DNA from: an uncultured Planctomycetota bacterium
GTDB taxonomy: Bacteria; Planctomycetota; Planctomycetia; Pirellulales; Lacipirellulaceae
Assembly: GCA_963719315.1 (NCBI GenBank)
Contig: CAVRBU010000004.1
Coordinates: forward strand, 448,001 to 512,000
DNA length: 64,000 nt
Direction of reading: 5' to 3'
This document shows positions 42,761 to 53,409 of this stretch, piece by piece; position 1 is the stretch's first letter; the number at the start of each line of letters is the position of its first letter. The notes under the pieces are model-generated. The model was not told where the DNA came from. It saw only the letters and a program-made list of their open reading frames with translations, and searched no databases. The position numbers and the translations under genes were made by a program.

Positions 42761-43894
42761 TTACGCGTTTTCCACGATCCCCCGCAAACAGTCGTGAAAT
42801 CGTCGTAACCCCTGCTCCATCGGCATCTGGTACGGCCCCTGGAGATTCTCGCCACGGTCGTGAAGTGTGCACCGACCGTTTTGCAGCCTTACCGCGGCAC
42901 CGTGATCTTCACCAGTCACTTCATCCAGCACGGCCAAACTAGTTTCAACATAGTCGCGGCGAGTTTTCGCGATCTCGCGGTCGAAGTAGTACTCGCTTCG
43001 TAATCTCGTCCGCGTAGGCGATATCGGCGTGTAGGTCGTCGCGACCATTGTGAACGGATACCACTCGACAAGCTGCCCTGGAAACAGACACAACCAAATT
43101 GCCGCGAATGGCGGACGCCGACCGGCCAGCACATCCATCAACACACGTTGGTAGGCCGCGAACTTCGGCGTCGCCGCAGGTGGCAGCGGCCAGCGAACGT
43201 GTACCTGCTCGCAGAAGAATCGATCGCCACCCACCGCCTGAAACGCGCCGCGCAAATCGGCTGGGTCGACAAACACCCGGAAACCCGGATGCACCGCGCT
43301 TATGTGATAGTCCTCAAGATAGACTTCCAGGAACGCTTTCCAATTCAGGTCGTGCTCCTCCTCATCCACACGTTCGAGCACGTAATCAGTCGAAGCGAGC
43401 TCCGCCCAGTCGTCGAGCGGGGCCAACTCGTGCCGCACATCGCGCGGGCCTTCGAACAATAGCCCGTTCCATTCCGCCAACTCCGTTCGCTCTAAATCGA
43501 GGCTCGGATTCTCCGCAAAATGGGGCGCCGCCACCTGCCGGCCATCAAGATCGTATGCCCAATTGTGCAACGGGCAAACGAAGTTCTTCGCGTGCCCCGA
43601 GCCACACAGCATCTGCGACTGCCGATGGCGGCACGAATTCGAGATGAGCTGCGGCCGCCCGCCATTCCGAACCAACACCTTACCGGCCTGCTGGCCACCG
43701 AGCGCGAAGTAGTCCCCGTCGTTTGGCACCAGCGACGTGTGTCCCGCGTACGTCGGCCCCGCGCCGAACAAATGCCGCCGCTCGATCTCCAGAATCTCCG
43801 GCTCAAAGTACCACGAGATCGGCAAACCGACAGCCGTGTCGACGCGCGCTTCGCGGTGCACAATTGTCTGAGACATTTCACTAACCTCAATCAC
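42761..43894 (-). CDS. Rieske non-heme iron oxygenase alpha subunit resembling putrescine 2-hydroxylase
   Basis: SNSCRHRQ...VCPLHNWAYD (CxH...CxxH), NWKAFLEVYLEDYHISAVHPG (Fe-binding), EWYP, GPYQMPMEQGLRRFH; alternative start at ATG 43876. Confidence 0.85.
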   Translation of the reverse strand: MIEVSEMSQTIVHREARVDTAVGLPISWYFEPEILEIERRHLFGAGPTYAGHTSLVPNDGDYFALGGQQAGKVLVRNGGRPQLISNSCRHRQSQMLCGSGHAKNFVCPLHNWAYDLDGRQVAAPHFAENPSLDLERTELAEWNGLLFEGPRDVRHELAPLDDWAELASTDYVLERVDEEEHDLNWKAFLEVYLEDYHISAVHPGFRVFVDPADLRGAFQAVGGDRFFCEQVHVRWPLPPAATPKFAAYQRVLMDVLAGRRPPFAAIWLCLFPGQLVEWYPFTMVATTYTPISPTRTRLRSEYYFDREIAKTRRDYVETSLAVLDEVTGEDHGAAVRLQNGRCTLHDRGENLQGPYQMPMEQGLRRFHDCLRGIVENA

Positions 43895-45414
43895 TCAACT
43901 ACGCAAATGGTTTCAAATGTCGGATCGCTCGCGTACGGATTCGCTCCCGCCGCCAGCAACTGCTGACACACGTCGAGCACCTCCCGCGTCACGACCTCGC
44001 CCGGCATCAACAGTGGTATGCCCGGCGGATAAAACATAACCATTTCGGCACAGGTTCGGCCAGCGGCCACCTTTCGATCGACCAACGTTTGCCGGGCGAG
44101 CGCCGCCTCCCGCGGCGCCATCGCCAACGGCGGAATCGGCGGCTGCAGCAGGTGGGTTGAGATTCGAGGGTCGAGGGTCGAGTGCTGGAAATCTGACCCT
44201 CGACGCTCGACCCTCAAACCTCGACCACTCACGTCCCGCAACCCCGCCAGCAACCTCCCCCTTGCCCCCGCGTCGTCCCTCGGACTCAAAATATAGACCA
44301 CGCTAAACTGGTCCGCCATTTCATCTTCGACTTTGAATTCCGTCCGTAGATGGCGTTCCACTTCATAGCCGGTCCAGCCCGTGCCGCTCACGTTTACGAC
44401 CAGCCGCAACGGATCCTGGCGATGCCCAATCAACCGTGGATCGTTTTCGACACGAAACACGCGTAGTCCCGGTATTGCATCGATCTCGTCGGCCAGCCGC
44501 TGTGCCTCGTCTACGGCCAACGCGAACAGCGCCCGCCCTTCCCGCCACAACCACCGCCGCATTACATCGAGCGACGCAAGCATCAAATAATTCGGGCTGG
44601 TCGTCTGGAGAAAGTTTAACGCGTGCTGAACGTCTTCCGCCGGCACCAACGACTTGCGACCAACATGCAACTGTGCCGAGCCGACGAGCGAGCCCAGCGT
44701 CTTGTGGCAACTCTGCACGGCAAGATCCGCGCCCGACTCTAGCGCCGAAGTCGGCGCGCCCGGCGGCAACAAGCAAAAATGACCGCCGTGCGCCTCGTCC
44801 ACAATAAATGGCACGCCGCGCGCATGGCAATCGTCGGCGACTTCCTTTAGCTCGCGGGCCAACCCGTAGTAGCTCGGCCGCGTGAGAAGCAAGGCCGCCG
44901 GTTTTGGCTCCGCATCCAACGATTTGGCAACGGCCTCGGGCGACACTCCCAACGCCCCGCATTCCGCCAGCACATCGTGCGGCACGAACCGCGGCAGCGC
45001 CCCGGATAGCACCAGCCCCGCCACGACCGAGCGATGGATATTCCTCGGCAGCATCACGGTTCCACCCGGCGGCACCGCCGCCAGCAACGAAGTGGCAACG
45101 CCCAGCGTCGATCCGGCCGTCAGATAGAACGTCGCCCCCGCGCCGAACAAGTCGGCCGCCAGCGCCTGCGCATCGCGCACACAACCGGTGGGGTGAAACG
45201 AATTGTCGGTCGCCGTCATAGCCGGCAAGTCGAGCGCGAGGCCCGACTTGCCGACTAGTTCGGTAAGTTCCGGGGCGGCAAAGCGGCCGCCCTTGTGACC
45301 GGGTGTGTGGAAGCCATAAATGCCGGAGCCGACATAGTTCGTGAGCGTCTCGTAGATCGGAGCCCGCTCATGATCGACTTCGGCAGGCTCAGTCCGGAGG
45401 AATCGCTCCGTCAC
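43891..45414 (-). CDS. PLP-dependent Orn/Lys/Arg decarboxylase (fold type I, no N-terminal wing domain)
   Basis: FHTPGHKGG, PRNIHRS, PSYYG, VDEAHG, QSCHKT (PLP Lys), TTSPNY, YPPGIPLLMPGE. Confidence 0.9.
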   Translation of the reverse strand: MTERFLRTEPAEVDHERAPIYETLTNYVGSGIYGFHTPGHKGGRFAAPELTELVGKSGLALDLPAMTATDNSFHPTGCVRDAQALAADLFGAGATFYLTAGSTLGVATSLLAAVPPGGTVMLPRNIHRSVVAGLVLSGALPRFVPHDVLAECGALGVSPEAVAKSLDAEPKPAALLLTRPSYYGLARELKEVADDCHARGVPFIVDEAHGGHFCLLPPGAPTSALESGADLAVQSCHKTLGSLVGSAQLHVGRKSLVPAEDVQHALNFLQTTSPNYLMLASLDVMRRWLWREGRALFALAVDEAQRLADEIDAIPGLRVFRVENDPRLIGHRQDPLRLVVNVSGTGWTGYEVERHLRTEFKVEDEMADQFSVVYILSPRDDAGARGRLLAGLRDVSGRGLRVERRGSDFQHSTLDPRISTHLLQPPIPPLAMAPREAALARQTLVDRKVAAGRTCAEMVMFYPPGIPLLMPGEVVTREVLDVCQQLLAAGANPYASDPTFETICVVE

Positions 45415-46858
45415 TTTCCGCCAACCTCCACCAATAGTGCCGAACCATTCTGCTCAGCGGCAGCGGCCTTCGAGCGCTTGCTCTTGCCATTGCCATTTAA
45501 ATGACCATTCTTGGCATGCCCGTTCGTTTCGACGATCGCCGAAACTCGCTCCACCCGCAGCGGCTGCATCGGCCGGGCAATCGTTGCCGGAGCAACGCCC
45601 GCCTTCATGGCCGACAGAATGCCCGCCGCCTCGTAGTAATTCGAGGCATAGTGCAACTGGCCAGCCCGGAACGGCAGCGAACGCAAATCGTTCCGCATCA
45701 GGTTCGTATTGCTGCGAACCGCGACGACCGGAATCCCCTGCTCCACCGCGGCCAGCGTCGGCAAACCAACGCAGCCATCGGGAATCACGAGGGCTGAAAT
45801 GTCTTCAGCGCAAATGACCGACGGATCGTACACACCCGACGGCCCCACGAGCACTTGCGGCGCCCGGTTGAGGCCCTTCAGCACGCAGAACAAGTAGGTG
45901 GTCGAGATCACCTCGGCCGCCTTCCGCGGATCGACGACGCCCCACTTTTCGGTCCGCAGCGCTTCGCTGCTCATCGTCGGCGCGTGGGCGGCCGGCACAT
46001 CCAGCACCGACGACACCAGGTGCGTCAGAATCGCTTCGACGCCGCCCCAGGGGTTGGGGCCGCCTTCGCCAAAGTACGCTCGGTGCAACTCGACCGTGTC
46101 GATGTGGGGCGTGATCCGGGTCGCCAGGGCGACGGCATCATACGTCCCGCGACGATCTCGCAGGATATCGAGCAGGTGCCCCAACCGCTCCACGCGGCCC
46201 GTCACGCGCCCCGAATCCGAAACGCCCGTCTGCATGAACAGCTCTTGCTCGAGCACGATCACGTCGCTGATGTCCATACCCAGCGTCGCCCGGCGCCTTC
46301 CGCGCAGTTGATCGTCTGATCGACCACGTTCGGAGCGTCGTGTCGATTCTCGGTCACGAGCAGCACGCGGTTCTGGCGGACTTTGCGCAGTCCAGCCGTG
46401 CCCATCAGCAGCCGGCAGATGATGCTGCCTTCCACGTACAGGCTGTTCTCGGTCTGCTCGTTGACGTCCGAGGCGTTGACCACGTTCGGATGCAGCACGA
46501 GCTGATCGCACACATTCGCCAGCAGCCGGGCGGCCGGCGTGGCATCGCCCGCATGACCGCCTATCGCGCAATCGACGCCCGTCGGGATCAACATCACGGC
46601 GTTGAACGCGTTGGTCCGCGCCAGCCGGCGCTGCCGGTATTCGAACACGTTGGCTTCGGTGTCGTCCGAGCCATAGATCTTGGGCTCCACCGCTTCGATT
46701 TCGCACTGGTGGCCAGCCCGCGTCTTGCTCGTAACTGCCACGCGCACCGGCGTCGCATCCGCCCCAAACGCTGCATCCGCGGCATCTTTGAGGGTGGCGA
46801 TCGGCGAGCGACCATTGAGCAATTGACGAACGGTGATTTGTTGGGAGGAAACTTTCAT
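45411..46858 (-). CDS. DUF3326 family protein (frameshift near 46300)
   Basis: IPTGVDCAIGGHAGDATPAARLL, HPNVVNAS, LYVEG; after the shift NPWGGVEAILTH, PAAHAP, DPRKAAE, YLFCVLKGL, NYYEAAG; AGGAG upstream. Confidence 0.8.
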
Positions 46859-47272
46859 CCTATGCAGGGCTCCTAAAAGAAGAATTGTTCCAAACGTGCG
46901 AGCCGGGCGATGCTTATGAAAGCTCGACCCCGCTCAGGGAGCGTCTCGGCTGGAGATCGACTGTTGGTCGCAAGTGCCTTCCGGCTTCCTGCAGGAATGC
47001 GAAATCAGCGTTGACCAAAGAGCAAACGAGATGGCCGCCGGCAAACGCGCGGCAGCCCCAGGTCAGAAAGAGCCGTCATCCACAAAATGACAGACTCTGT
47101 GGTGAGAAACTCAACGACGGATATGGTCGCGCCAGCCGCTTAAGCATGGCGCCACCGGAATGTGAAGCACTTCCCAAGTCAGCGACGGACGCCGAAACGG
47201 GCGGGACGACCGCAAGCGGCGCCGCAGCTTCAACATTCCCATGGTTAGAGCAAATATCAAGTTCTTAACCCC

Positions 47273-47330
47273 GTAGGTCAGGCTTGAGCCCGACATGTTT
47301 CTGCAATCGTCAGGCGGAAGCCTGACCTAC
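47273..47330. repeat. GTAG-type REP doublet (different family from 413/1525)
   Basis: Perfect 13-bp inverted ends GTAGGTCAGGCTT / AAGCCTGACCTAC. Confidence 0.75.
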
Positions 47331-47569
47331 ATCGGCGATTTCGTCGCGACAACTTCGACAATACTTCGCGCTGGCAAATTCTACAATGCCTCGCCTGCGA
47401 GTAAATACCGATTTTCCCCACAAACAGAAAAAACGCGCGCCAGCAAAAAATTTCCCACGCCGCTTGATGGCCCGCACTCGATATTGGATGCTCGTTGTGT
47501 CGTTGCCCCCCCACTCCCCACTTACACCTTACGACTTACACCTTTATACCTCTCTATACCTCTGCCACC

Positions 47570-48534
47570 ATGAAACTCCTCCGCTTTGGCCCACCCAACC
47601 AAGAACAGCCCGGCATCCTCGACGCCGCCGGCAACATCCGTAGCCTCGCCGGCATCATCGACGGCCTTGCCGGCGACGCTCTCTCTCCCGCCTCTCTCGA
47701 CCGGCTCCGCGCCCTCGACCTGGAGAAACTGCCGATAGTCGCGAGTGGCGAGGAACGAGGAGTGAGCCATGAAGACAGCTCTCCTCACTCGCCCCCCTCC
47801 CGCCACTCGCCCCCCACTCCTCGCCACTCGCCCCCCACTCCTCGCCGCTCGCTCCTCACCCCTCACTCTCCCCCCGCCTCGGCCCTCCCGTCGCCCGCGT
47901 GGGCAAAATCATGTGCATCGGCCTCAATTACTCCGAACACGCCGCCGAAACCGGCGCCGCCCTCCCCGCCGAACCCATCCTCTTCATGAAGGCCACCAGC
48001 GCCATCGTCGGCCCCAACGACGACATCCGCATCCCCCGCGGCTCTCAGCAAACTGATTGGGAGGTCGAGCTAGGCGTCGTCATCGGCACCCAGGCGAAGT
48101 ACGTAAGCGAGGCAGACGCCCTAAACTATGTCGCCGGCTACTGCGTCTCGCACGACATCAGCGAACGCTCGTTCCAAAAAGACCGCGGCGGCCAATGGAC
48201 CAAAGGCAAAAGCTGCGACACCTTTGGCCCCCTTGGCCCGTGGCTCGTCACCGCCGACGAAATCCCGGACCCGCAAAACCTCAAGCTCTGGCTCGAAGTC
48301 GACGGCCAGCGCCGCCAGAACGGTTCGACCCGCACGATGATCTTCGGCGTCAAAAAACTCGTCAGCTACCTCAGCGAGTTCTTCACCCTCCACCCCGGCG
48401 ACATCATTTCCACCGGCACCCCCTCCGGCGTCGGCCTCGGCATGAAGCCCCCCACCTTCCTCCGCCCCGGCCAAACCATCCGCCTCAGCGTCGAAGGCCT
48501 CGGCGAACAACAACAACGCACGGTCGAAGACTAA
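47570..48534 (+). CDS. Fumarylacetoacetate hydrolase family protein carrying a ~130-bp repeat insertion (frame break inside it)
   Basis: MKLLRFG...PGILD; PRLGPPV-GKIMCIGLNYSEH, DWEVELGVVIG, HDISER, WTKGKSCDTFGPLGP, GDIISTGTPSGVG. Confidence 0.88.
48425..48532 (+). repeat. Direct repeat, copy A (3' end of the FAH gene)
   Basis: 108 bp with 7 mismatches to 55315-55422. Confidence 0.9.
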
Positions 48535-48575
48535 GTTCTTGCCCCTAACTGCTGGCACTGGTTCGATCACGTCCG

Positions 48576-49916
48576 CTATTTAGTTAGCGCGATTACTTCC
48601 ACTGCCTGGCCGGGCATTAACGACTCAGTATGAATTAGCACAATCTGGTTTACACCGTCGAGGCCCTTGAGAACCTCCACGTCCTGGCCGCTACGGATCC
48701 CGAGCTGCACGGAGCGTCGCTCGACTTTTCCGTTTTCAACGCTGTAGCAAAACGTGGCATTGCCGTCGTAGATGATCGCCGTAGCCGGGATTGTGAGCGC
48801 GTTTTCCCGGCGTGCCATTTCGATCGTGCCTGTCGCGTACATGCCAGGCCGCAAGCGAGCTCCGTCGTTTGGAACATCGATTTCCGCACGGAGTGACCGG
48901 TTCACAGGGTTGAGCGACCAGCTGGTTCGCGTAACCGGGAAGGCCTTGTCGCTGCCGGGCATCGCTTGAATGTGAATTACGGCCGGGTCGCCAACATCGA
49001 TGCCAGCGGCTTCCAACTCGGGAATCTCGACATATACACGAACCTTGTCAATTCGGGCGACAATCATCAGCGGTGACGCACTACTCGCGGCAGGCTGCAC
49101 GAAATGCCCTGTATCGACCGCGCGTTTGGTAATTACTCCATCGTAGGGGGAGCGAATCGTAGCGTAATCGAGCATAGTTTTGGCATGGTCTAAATCGGCT
49201 TTGGCGACGGCCAGATGGGCATCGCTGGCGACGCGGTCGGCCTCCGCTTTCGCAACATTGGCCTGAGCCTGGCGGGCGGCAGCCTCTGCCGACTGAATCG
49301 CGGCACTTGCGGCTTCGCGCGACGCTTCTGCCGCGTAAAATTGATTCAATGTCTCATCGGCGAGTTTCTGAGTGACCGAGCCGTTGCCCGCAAGCTCTTT
49401 AATGCGCTCGTACTCGCCCTCCCAACGTTCATATTCGCCGGCGGCGCGGGTTGCGCCGGCTTTGGCCTCTGCGATCTTGGCAGTGGCGGTTTCCACGGCG
49501 GCTTTTGCGGCTGTGACTTTCGCTTCGGCTTGTTTTAGTTCAGCTTCGGCCTGGGAGACGAGAGCGGTTTTCTGATGAACATCGTCCCCGAGTTCCGGCA
49601 CCCTGAGCGTCACGAGCGTTTGGTTCTTGCTAACTTTGTCGCCGATATCGACATGTACCTGGTCCACGTAGCCGGAAATCTTGGACAGCAGCGGCGTCTC
49701 CTCAAATGCCTCGATCCGAGCGGGCTGCGAGGTTTTCGCAATGAGTGTCTGGCGCTGCGGTTTGCCGACAGTCACGCGGGTGACAAACGTCGCCTTCGGC
49801 GCCTCGGCAGACGTAATCGGCGTTTTGGCAGACCGATTGCATCCGCCAACGGCAAGTAGCGCCAACATTCCGCTAAGTGCGGCACTTGCCACGCCAATTC
49901 TGTGCTTATTCATCAT
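48576..49916 (-). CDS. RND efflux periplasmic adaptor (membrane fusion protein), lipoprotein
   Basis: Lipobox-like AVGGC, SKISGYV..VHVDIGDKV, long Ala-rich coiled coil, IRSPYDGVI, LRPGMY. Confidence 0.9.
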   Translation of the reverse strand: MMNKHRIGVASAALSGMLALLAVGGCNRSAKTPITSAEAPKATFVTRVTVGKPQRQTLIAKTSQPARIEAFEETPLLSKISGYVDQVHVDIGDKVSKNQTLVTLRVPELGDDVHQKTALVSQAEAELKQAEAKVTAAKAAVETATAKIAEAKAGATRAAGEYERWEGEYERIKELAGNGSVTQKLADETLNQFYAAEASREAASAAIQSAEAAARQAQANVAKAEADRVASDAHLAVAKADLDHAKTMLDYATIRSPYDGVITKRAVDTGHFVQPAASSASPLMIVARIDKVRVYVEIPELEAAGIDVGDPAVIHIQAMPGSDKAFPVTRTSWSLNPVNRSLRAEIDVPNDGARLRPGMYATGTIEMARRENALTIPATAIIYDGNATFCYSVENGKVERRSVQLGIRSGQDVEVLKGLDGVNQIVLIHTESLMPGQAVEVIALTK

Positions 49917-49918
49917 AG

Positions 49919-52900
49919 TTAAGGTGCCGTTGCGGATTGGAAATATGAGCTTCGTGTGTCGTCGGGATCGAGTGAAGGCGATTCAAAGCTGGCTCGCGCT
50001 TGCACCATCGTAAATACGGTCGGCAGCACAAGCAGCGTGGCAGCTGTAGCGGCGAGGAGGCCCCCGATCACTGCCCGCCCGAGCGGTGCGTTCTGCTGGC
50101 TGGATTCACCGAACGCCAGTGCCATCGGCAACATGCCGGCGATCATCGCGCAACTGGTCATCAGGATGGCTCGCAGTCGGCTGACAGCGCCGGTGGTCGC
50201 GGCCTCACTGGTGGGCAAGCCTTCGCGTCGGCGTTGTTCGGCGAACGTAACCAACAAGATAGCGTTGGCCATGGCGACGCCAATCGCCATGATCGCGCCG
50301 ATGAACGACTGAATGTTCAGCGTGGTCCCAGTGAACAGCAGCATCAATGCCACGCCCGCCACGACGGCCGGCACTGTTGACACCGTGATCAGTGCCAACC
50401 GCACGGACTGGAAATTGGCCGTCAGAAGCAAGAAGACTGCAACCACGGCCAGGCCCAGGCCGATCGCGAGTCCCGATTGCATTTCGCGCATCGGCGGAAT
50501 TTGTCCGCGCGTCTCGACCTGCACTCCGGTGGGCGGTGCGCGGCCCGCGCGAGCGCCCGATCGACTTCCCGAGATACGGTTGCCAGGTCAGCGTTGGAGA
50601 CATTCGCGGTCAGCGTGATTTGTCGTCGCATGTTGTAACGGTCATACTGACCAGGCATCGTGCCAGTGTGAAGCTCGGCCACATCGCCGATCAGAATCTG
50701 TCCGTGTTCCATTCGTTTCAATGGAATCTGTGCTAAGTCTTCCGCGGAACCAACGGTGTTTGTGTTGTCCGGCTTGCGAAGAATGGACCGCGGGATTTCG
50801 ACTTGCACTTGGTAGGCGATGCCACTCTTGGGGTCAGCCCAAAAATTCGGAACCACGAATCGGCTGGAAGAGGTCGCCGTCACAAGGGCGCGTGAAACGT
50901 CGACTGGCTCAAGTCCGGCGAGGCCTGCCTTCTCCCGATCCACATTCACCTCGATCGTCGGATAGTCGAGCGATTGTCCGACTTGCAAATCGCGCAGAAA
51001 CGGAATCTCCGCCAACTCTTGCCGCACCTTCTCGGCGTACTGGCGGTCATCGGCAAAGGCCGGCCCGCTGACGGCGATCTCGACGGGAGTCGGTGAACCA
51101 AAGCTCATCACATCGTTGACGATATCGGACGGCTCGAAAGAGAAACGCACCTCGGGCATGGCAGCCGACAAACGCTCGCGCAATCGTTCCTTCAGCTCTT
51201 CGTCTCGAACGTGGAGTCGCTTGTTCAGGCCCACGTAGAGAATGACTTCTTCCGGCCCACGCGACCATTGATAGACAGCGTTTACCGGAAAGTTCGAGTG
51301 GATCATCCCAACGTAGCCGAGCGTGAGATCGACGTTCTCCGCGCCAACTTCTTGATCGATTAACTGCAGCGCTTGCTTGGCGTATTGCTCCGTGCGGGCA
51401 ATATGGGTGCCGTCCGGCGCCCGCATCCGCAGACGAAACTGTCCCGCATCGACAACGGGAAAGATGCCGCGGCCTAGGAACATTCCGGCCACCGCGATCA
51501 CGAAGATGCTTCCGGCGAGGTAAGAACCGATTAACTTCCAGCGCCAGGAAATGGCCCGAGTCAGTAACCGTTGGTACCGACTGCGCAGCCGGTCGAACAG
51601 GAGTGGTCCGCCTCCGTCCCGACCGCCATGCTTTTGCTTAAGTAGCCAAATGCAAAGCACGGGTACGAATGTGCTGGACAATAGGTAGGAAGCCAGCATC
51701 GCAAATCCCACCGACAGCGACAACGGCACGAACAAGGAGCGCGCTGCCCCCTGCATGAAAAAGGACGACACGAACACGGCCAGGATGCACAGCATCGCTA
51801 GCAGTCGCGGTACAGAGGTTTCAGCGGACCCATCCAATACGGCCCGGGCCAACGGCTGGCCTCGTTGCAAGTGAGCGTGAATGTTTTCGATCGCTACCGT
51901 GGCTTCATCCACGAGTATGCCGATGGCCAATGCCAACCCACCGAGCGTCATTAAGTTAATCGTCTGCCCCGTAAGCCACAGCGCGAGCACGGCAGTCATG
52001 AGTGCCAAAGGTATATTGAGCACGACGACCAGAGCGCTCCGCCAGTCGCGCAGAAAGAGCAGGATCATCACGCCCACAAGTACAGCACCCAAGATCCCTT
52101 CGGTCACCACACCGCCTACGGCGCGAGTAACGTAAGGCGACTGGTCGAACTCGAAGTGAACATCGATTCCTTCGCCTTCTTTACCCAAGGCGTCCTTCAT
52201 CTTGGGTAGCGCCTCTTTGATGTTTTTGATGACACTTAGCGTCGAGGCGTCGGAGCGCTTCGTGGCCAAGATATACACGGCCCGCCGGCCATTGGCGAAC
52301 GCGTAACCGGCGGGTGCGTCAACAGAGTCTTGGATGGTTCCCACGTCTCGGATGTACACGGGTGACTCACCGGTCCGAATGGGGATGGTCCCCAATTGTT
52401 TGACGTCGCGAACGACCGAATTCACCGGTACGATCGGGAATTTGTCGCCGACCGGAATATTGCCGGAGGGACTGATAGAATTTCCCCGGACGAGCGCCGT
52501 GGTGACTTCGTCCGGTGACATGCCGTAGGACTGTAGGCGCTGCGGATCGAGCGTGACGACGACGCTGCGCGCCTGCCGCCAAACGGTGGTGGCGCGGACA
52601 CACCGGGCAACGTCGAAAACATCGGTCGCACGCGAAACAGCGCCAAATCCTGAATCTCGGCGATTGATCGCGTGTCGCTGGACAGCACAAGGTATCCCAC
52701 CGGCACGCTGCCCGTATCAAACCGCATGACGAACGGCGACACCGTGCCCGGCGGCATGAAGGCATGAGAACGATTGACGTAATTGAACGTCTCGGCCATC
52801 GCCTGGGCCATGTCGGTCCCGGGATAAAAATAGAGCTTCATCAGGGCCATGCCCTGGACGTTCCGCGACTCGACGTGGTGGATGCCGCTGATGTAGAGGA

Positions 52901-53162
52901 AGTGATACTCGTAGAAGTTAGTGATGAACCCTTCCATCTGCGCCGGATCCATGCCACCGTACGGTTGGCATACGTAAATCACCGGCAAGTTAAGGCTGGG
53001 AAAGATGTCGACTTCCATGCCCTTCGGCAGACCCGCGGGATACGGCCAACCAAGTTGTTGGAATAGCGCGCCACCAACTGCCAAAAATGAGCCAAATGCC
53101 ACGGCCACGATGAGCACCATGACCGTAAATGGGTGTCGCAAAGCAAAGCGGACGAGAACCAT
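49919..53162 (-). CDS. RND efflux permease subunit (AcrB/CusA superfamily); frameshifts near 52570 and 50540
   Basis: [80 protein letters not shown]. Confidence 0.88.
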
Positions 53163-53409
53163 GAGGGCGAACGCAGGGGAAGTAGGCGCGAGATCGGCAG
53201 CGAGACCCAAACGCGCCAAGCGCGGCAAGAATGACGCGACCCTTACATTTTAACAGCACTGCGAGTTGGTAGCCACTTTTGATTGCGGTCGGCCGCCCGC
53301 GTTTGGGAAAAAGGCGCGAGCGGAGCCTCCACCCAACCGGCAAATCTACCGGGAATGCTAGGCGCAAAATCGCTCTCGGCGAGTTTACCGCAAAATCCGC
53401 ATAGTCCGC

